Assembly: GCA_963803145.1 (NCBI GenBank) | Contig: CAWDLW010000001.1 | Coordinates: 1-40,213 of the forward strand | DNA length: 40,213 nucleotides | Direction: 5' to 3' | DNA from: Methanotrichaceae archaeon | Lineage (GTDB): Archaea; Halobacteriota; Methanosarcinia; Methanotrichales; Methanotrichaceae | Shown: positions 37,565 through 40,213 of the stretch, piece after piece | How the letters are laid out: every line of letters starts with the position of its first letter | Numbering within the stretch: the first letter of the stretch is position 1 | Translations under genes and position numbers: made by a program | The notes under the pieces: model-generated | What the model saw: only the letters and a program-made list of their open reading frames with translations | Told to the model about the DNA's origin: nothing | The model's database searches: none

Positions 37565-37640
37565 TTTGGAGTTGGGAGGTCGGAGAGAAGCCCTCCCAGG
37601 GAGGTCTGACGGTTACGATCCCACTCTCCTATCCGCCAAA
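37565..37640 (-). ncRNA. Two-hairpin element, copy C (putative stand-alone sRNA)
   Basis: TGGCGG-ATAGGAGAGTGGGATCGTAA-CCGTCA, then TGGGAGG-GCTTCTCTCCGA-CCTCCCA; the second stem is identical to that of copy B. Confidence 0.55.
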
Positions 37641-37656
37641 CGTACTTGGTTGTGAT

Positions 37657-37680
37657 TATTTAAATTACTATTTTTCATGT
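37657..37680 (-). promoter_or_regulatory. Shared promoter box, copy C
   Basis: Minus strand reads ACATGAAAAATA-GTAA-TTTAAATA (canonical TATA box). Confidence 0.65.
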
Positions 37681-37749
37681 ACACTTCATATAAGCTTTAT
37701 CTGAATGCATAACCGCAAGCCTATTATCCTCAGAACCGGCCTCTGGTAT

Positions 37750-38664
37750 ATGGCCATGAATACTGAGCGTTTTATTGATGACGCGATCGCGGAGATACGC
37801 CGTGACGTGAAAGGACGAGCCATAATTGGTTTATCGGGCGGCGTCGACAGCTCAGTCTGTGCAATGCTCGCCCACCGTGCTTTGGGCGACAGACTTGTTC
37901 CTGTTTATGTGGATTCTGGGCTGATGAGACAGTTCGAATCGGATAGGATAGAGACACTTTTCGAGGACATCGGTTTAGTCAGGGTAAACGCTGAAGACAG
38001 GTTCCTTGATGCTCTCAAGGGCGTGAAAGACCCCGAGGCGAAGAGAAAGATAGTTGGCGAGACATTCATAAGAGTCTTCGAGGAGGAGGCAAGAAAGATC
38101 GGAGGGGATACACTACTTCAGGGGACCATTTATCCCGATAGGATCGAGTCTGAGGGAGGAATCAAATCCCATCATAACGTCGGCGGGCTTCCAAGCGTCA
38201 TGGAGTTCAAATGCTTAGTCGAGCCTCTTCGCGAACTCTACAAGGATGAGGTTAGGGAAGTTGCAAGGACGCTCGGCCTGCCTGTAGAAATAAGCGAGAG
38301 GATGCCTTATCCCGGGCCAGGCATGGCTGTGCGTATCGTTGGCGAGGTCACTAAGGAGAAGCTTGAGGTCGTCAGAAAGGCCAATGCAATCGTCGAGGAG
38401 GAGGTCATGAGGTTTGGCCCATGGCAGGCGTTTGCAGCAATCCTCGGAAAGGCCACGGGCGTAAAGGGAGATAACAGAGTTTACGGCTGGGTGATTGCAG
38501 TCCGCTCGGTATCATCAAGAGACGCCATGACTGCAGATGTGATGGAGCTGCCCTGGGATGTTCTGAGACGCATCTCCAGCAGGATAACGGGTGAGATACC
38601 AACGGTTGTGCGAGTTGTTTACGATATCACGCCCAAGCCTCCAGGAACAATTGAGTTTGAATAA
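37750..38664 (+). CDS. guaAB: GMP synthase subunit B (ATP pyrophosphatase)
   Basis: [29 protein letters not shown] and [14 protein letters not shown] motifs; start at 37750 or 37756. Confidence 0.96.
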   Translation: MAMNTERFIDDAIAEIRRDVKGRAIIGLSGGVDSSVCAMLAHRALGDRLVPVYVDSGLMRQFESDRIETLFEDIGLVRVNAEDRFLDALKGVKDPEAKRKIVGETFIRVFEEEARKIGGDTLLQGTIYPDRIESEGGIKSHHNVGGLPSVMEFKCLVEPLRELYKDEVREVARTLGLPVEISERMPYPGPGMAVRIVGEVTKEKLEVVRKANAIVEEEVMRFGPWQAFAAILGKATGVKGDNRVYGWVIAVRSVSSRDAMTADVMELPWDVLRRISSRITGEIPTVVRVVYDITPKPPGTIEFE

Positions 38665-39447
38665 ATGAAACGAAATAATCCTCCATGCGATGATTATAGT
38701 TGGGATCAAGTCGATCCTTTTGATGAAAATGACGTACATCTATGGGTGAAGATAGAGCATTTATCTCATTACCTCTTTGCAGCCGATTTCTTAAAGCAAT
38801 ATCAACCGGATATCGTGGCTGATATCTCATGCGGAACTGGCTATGGCATTGTAGAGCTTAAGCGAGCAGCTAAGTCTATTATTGGCATCGATAATAGCCT
38901 TGATGCGTTAAAGATTGCATCCAAAAAAGTCGAGGACCCTGATATCAGATTCCTCCAAAAGGATCTTGATAATGACGATCTGATGCCGGATGTAGAGGAA
39001 GGATCTGTTGATGCAGTTGTCAGCTTCGAGACGATTGAGCATTTAATTGATCCGAACAGGGCAATTTCTCAATTCTCTCGAATTTTGCGGCCAGGCGGTT
39101 TTCTTATTTGTTCTGTTCCAAATGTATTATCAGAGTCACGCACTGTTGCATGTCTTCCAAGAAACAGATGCCATAAACAGTTGTTCAACTTTGGGTCGCT
39201 TCGCAAGATAATACAGAGCCATGGGATGCAAGTAGAATATAGATTGGGGCAGTCATGGTCTTATACGCTTCTAAAAAGGGAACAGCAGCTATCAAGTGCC
39301 AAGCTGATTAAGCGAAGGCTTTCCGATCTGCCAGAAATGCAATCTCCTGAGATTATCCGACTGCTGTCATACATTGTTGCATATCCAAACGTTGAGGATG
39401 TGGACGGATCATACTCGATTATTATCGTTGCAAGAAAGCTTCCTTGA
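38665..39447 (+). CDS. Class I SAM-dependent methyltransferase
   Basis: ADISCGTGYG, GID.S, D.VVSFETIEHL.DP and RILRPGG.L..SVPN motifs. Confidence 0.9.
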   Translation: MKRNNPPCDDYSWDQVDPFDENDVHLWVKIEHLSHYLFAADFLKQYQPDIVADISCGTGYGIVELKRAAKSIIGIDNSLDALKIASKKVEDPDIRFLQKDLDNDDLMPDVEEGSVDAVVSFETIEHLIDPNRAISQFSRILRPGGFLICSVPNVLSESRTVACLPRNRCHKQLFNFGSLRKIIQSHGMQVEYRLGQSWSYTLLKREQQLSSAKLIKRRLSDLPEMQSPEIIRLLSYIVAYPNVEDVDGSYSIIIVARKLP

Positions 39448-39484
39448 GTTTACGATTTTGATGTGTGATTTCAGTTTGCATTGC

Positions 39485-39663
39485 TGATTTGGGCAGATTC
39501 TTCGATGCCTCGCCTATGACTTCCAGGATCTGGATGGCTGCGAGGGTTTTCTCATCATTGCTGCAAAAAGTCTCAAATCAACGCCCAATGTTATTCTCTC
39601 GGCCATCTCTGCGTAGCGCAAAATATCATGCAGATAATCCCTGTAATCTCTCTTATCCTTCAA
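39485..39663 (-). pseudogene. hepT: HepT/DUF86 (HEPN) toxin remnant, frameshifted and truncated
   Basis: TTG start overlaps the MNT stop: KDKRDYRDYLHDILRYAE...; after a frameshift near 39575 it reads ETFCSNDEKTLAAIQILEVIGEASKNLP; the RX4H catalytic segment is absent. Confidence 0.8.
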
Positions 39664-39983
39664 ACAGCTACCACTTCCGCCAGGATGCGCTTTCCTATAT
39701 ATGGCCGGAGAGTTTTCTTCGTCACCAAATCTACTTTGATGCCCACTTGCTCACTGAGATAACGTTCCATGCGTATGAACTCATAGAGAGTGGGTGCCTG
39801 CTCAAACTCCACCAGTAAGTCCAGATCACTGGCCTGATTGGCCTCTCCGCGAACATAGGAGCCAAATACTCCAAGGTACTTCACCTTATAGCGCTCCTTG
39901 ATCTCGGGCATTATCCTTTGGAGAGTTGATTTTATCTCCTCCAGACTGGGACGCTCCGTAGTGGAAGGCGGTTGGTGGGACAT
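39660..39983 (-). CDS. mntA: Minimal nucleotidyltransferase (MntA-type antitoxin)
   Basis: GVFGSYVRGE...SDLDLLVEF and KVDLV motifs; exact start uncertain. Confidence 0.92.
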   Translation of the reverse strand: MSHQPPSTTERPSLEEIKSTLQRIMPEIKERYKVKYLGVFGSYVRGEANQASDLDLLVEFEQAPTLYEFIRMERYLSEQVGIKVDLVTKKTLRPYIGKRILAEVVAV

Positions 39984-40213
39984 GAAATTCGCCGACATTT
40001 GTGATTGCTTTTTCTTGCCTTGTTGCAAATATCTTGCTCATTGCACTTGAAGCCATCGCAAATGCTTCGTCATTGAGACCTGAAACCAGAGGCCAGTGCG
40101 ATTCTAGGCGCAGTGGACCAGCTAAAAAATCCGCCAAACTGTGGCGAAGGACTGGAGCCACTCATACCTCCTATCATCTGCGATGCGAATGGAAAGATCC
40201 TGGCCTCCTGTGA

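Noticed and set aside
27102-37678. Family of small MKNxxL peptides starting at the ATG inside each shared box
   Set aside because: All four use identical codons (ATG AAA AAT ... TTA) with no synonymous change, lengths differ widely, and the downstream conserved block is in a different frame in copy B. The constraint is at nucleotide level.
28106-38664. GMP synthase in two genes 9 kb apart
   Set aside because: A split guaAA/guaAB arrangement is normal in many archaea.
39990-40213. ORFs at the right edge of the window
   Set aside because: Short, conflicting frames with no recognisable motif; more flanking sequence is needed.

Overview
Chromosomal segment of a methanogenic archaeon; gene content and protein style fit Methanotrichaceae (Methanothrix-like), which is an inference. 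Housekeeping genes include purB, dtdA, DGGGP synthase, gltX, mfnE-like kinase, Zn-finger, EF-1beta, tRNA-Ala(CGC), split GMP synthase, Thg1, Isf, thiM/thiE and a DRG GTPase. Interleaved cell-surface genes encode a ~1500-aa multicopper oxidase with FN3 domains, a ~2780-aa repeat adhesin-like protein, a Q/N/G-rich curlin-like repeat protein and a DUF11-like secreted protein. The strongest unexplained signal is non-coding. A 12-bp box, AYATGAAAAATA, followed by exactly 4 nt and a TATA-like YTTA, occurs four times in intergenic DNA on the minus strand. Three of these copies are followed 32-34 nt later by a related two-hairpin element. One lies in the 5' leader of the curlin-like gene and two have no same-strand gene downstream, so they look like stand-alone sRNAs. 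The fourth box precedes the giant surface protein gene. This suggests a candidate surface/matrix regulon with a structured RNA family. Both toxin-antitoxin pairs have an intact antitoxin and a broken toxin. Several other genes carry lesions (261-1761, fae, the curlin-like gene) that may be real or consensus errors. All calls are by eye; no searches were run.
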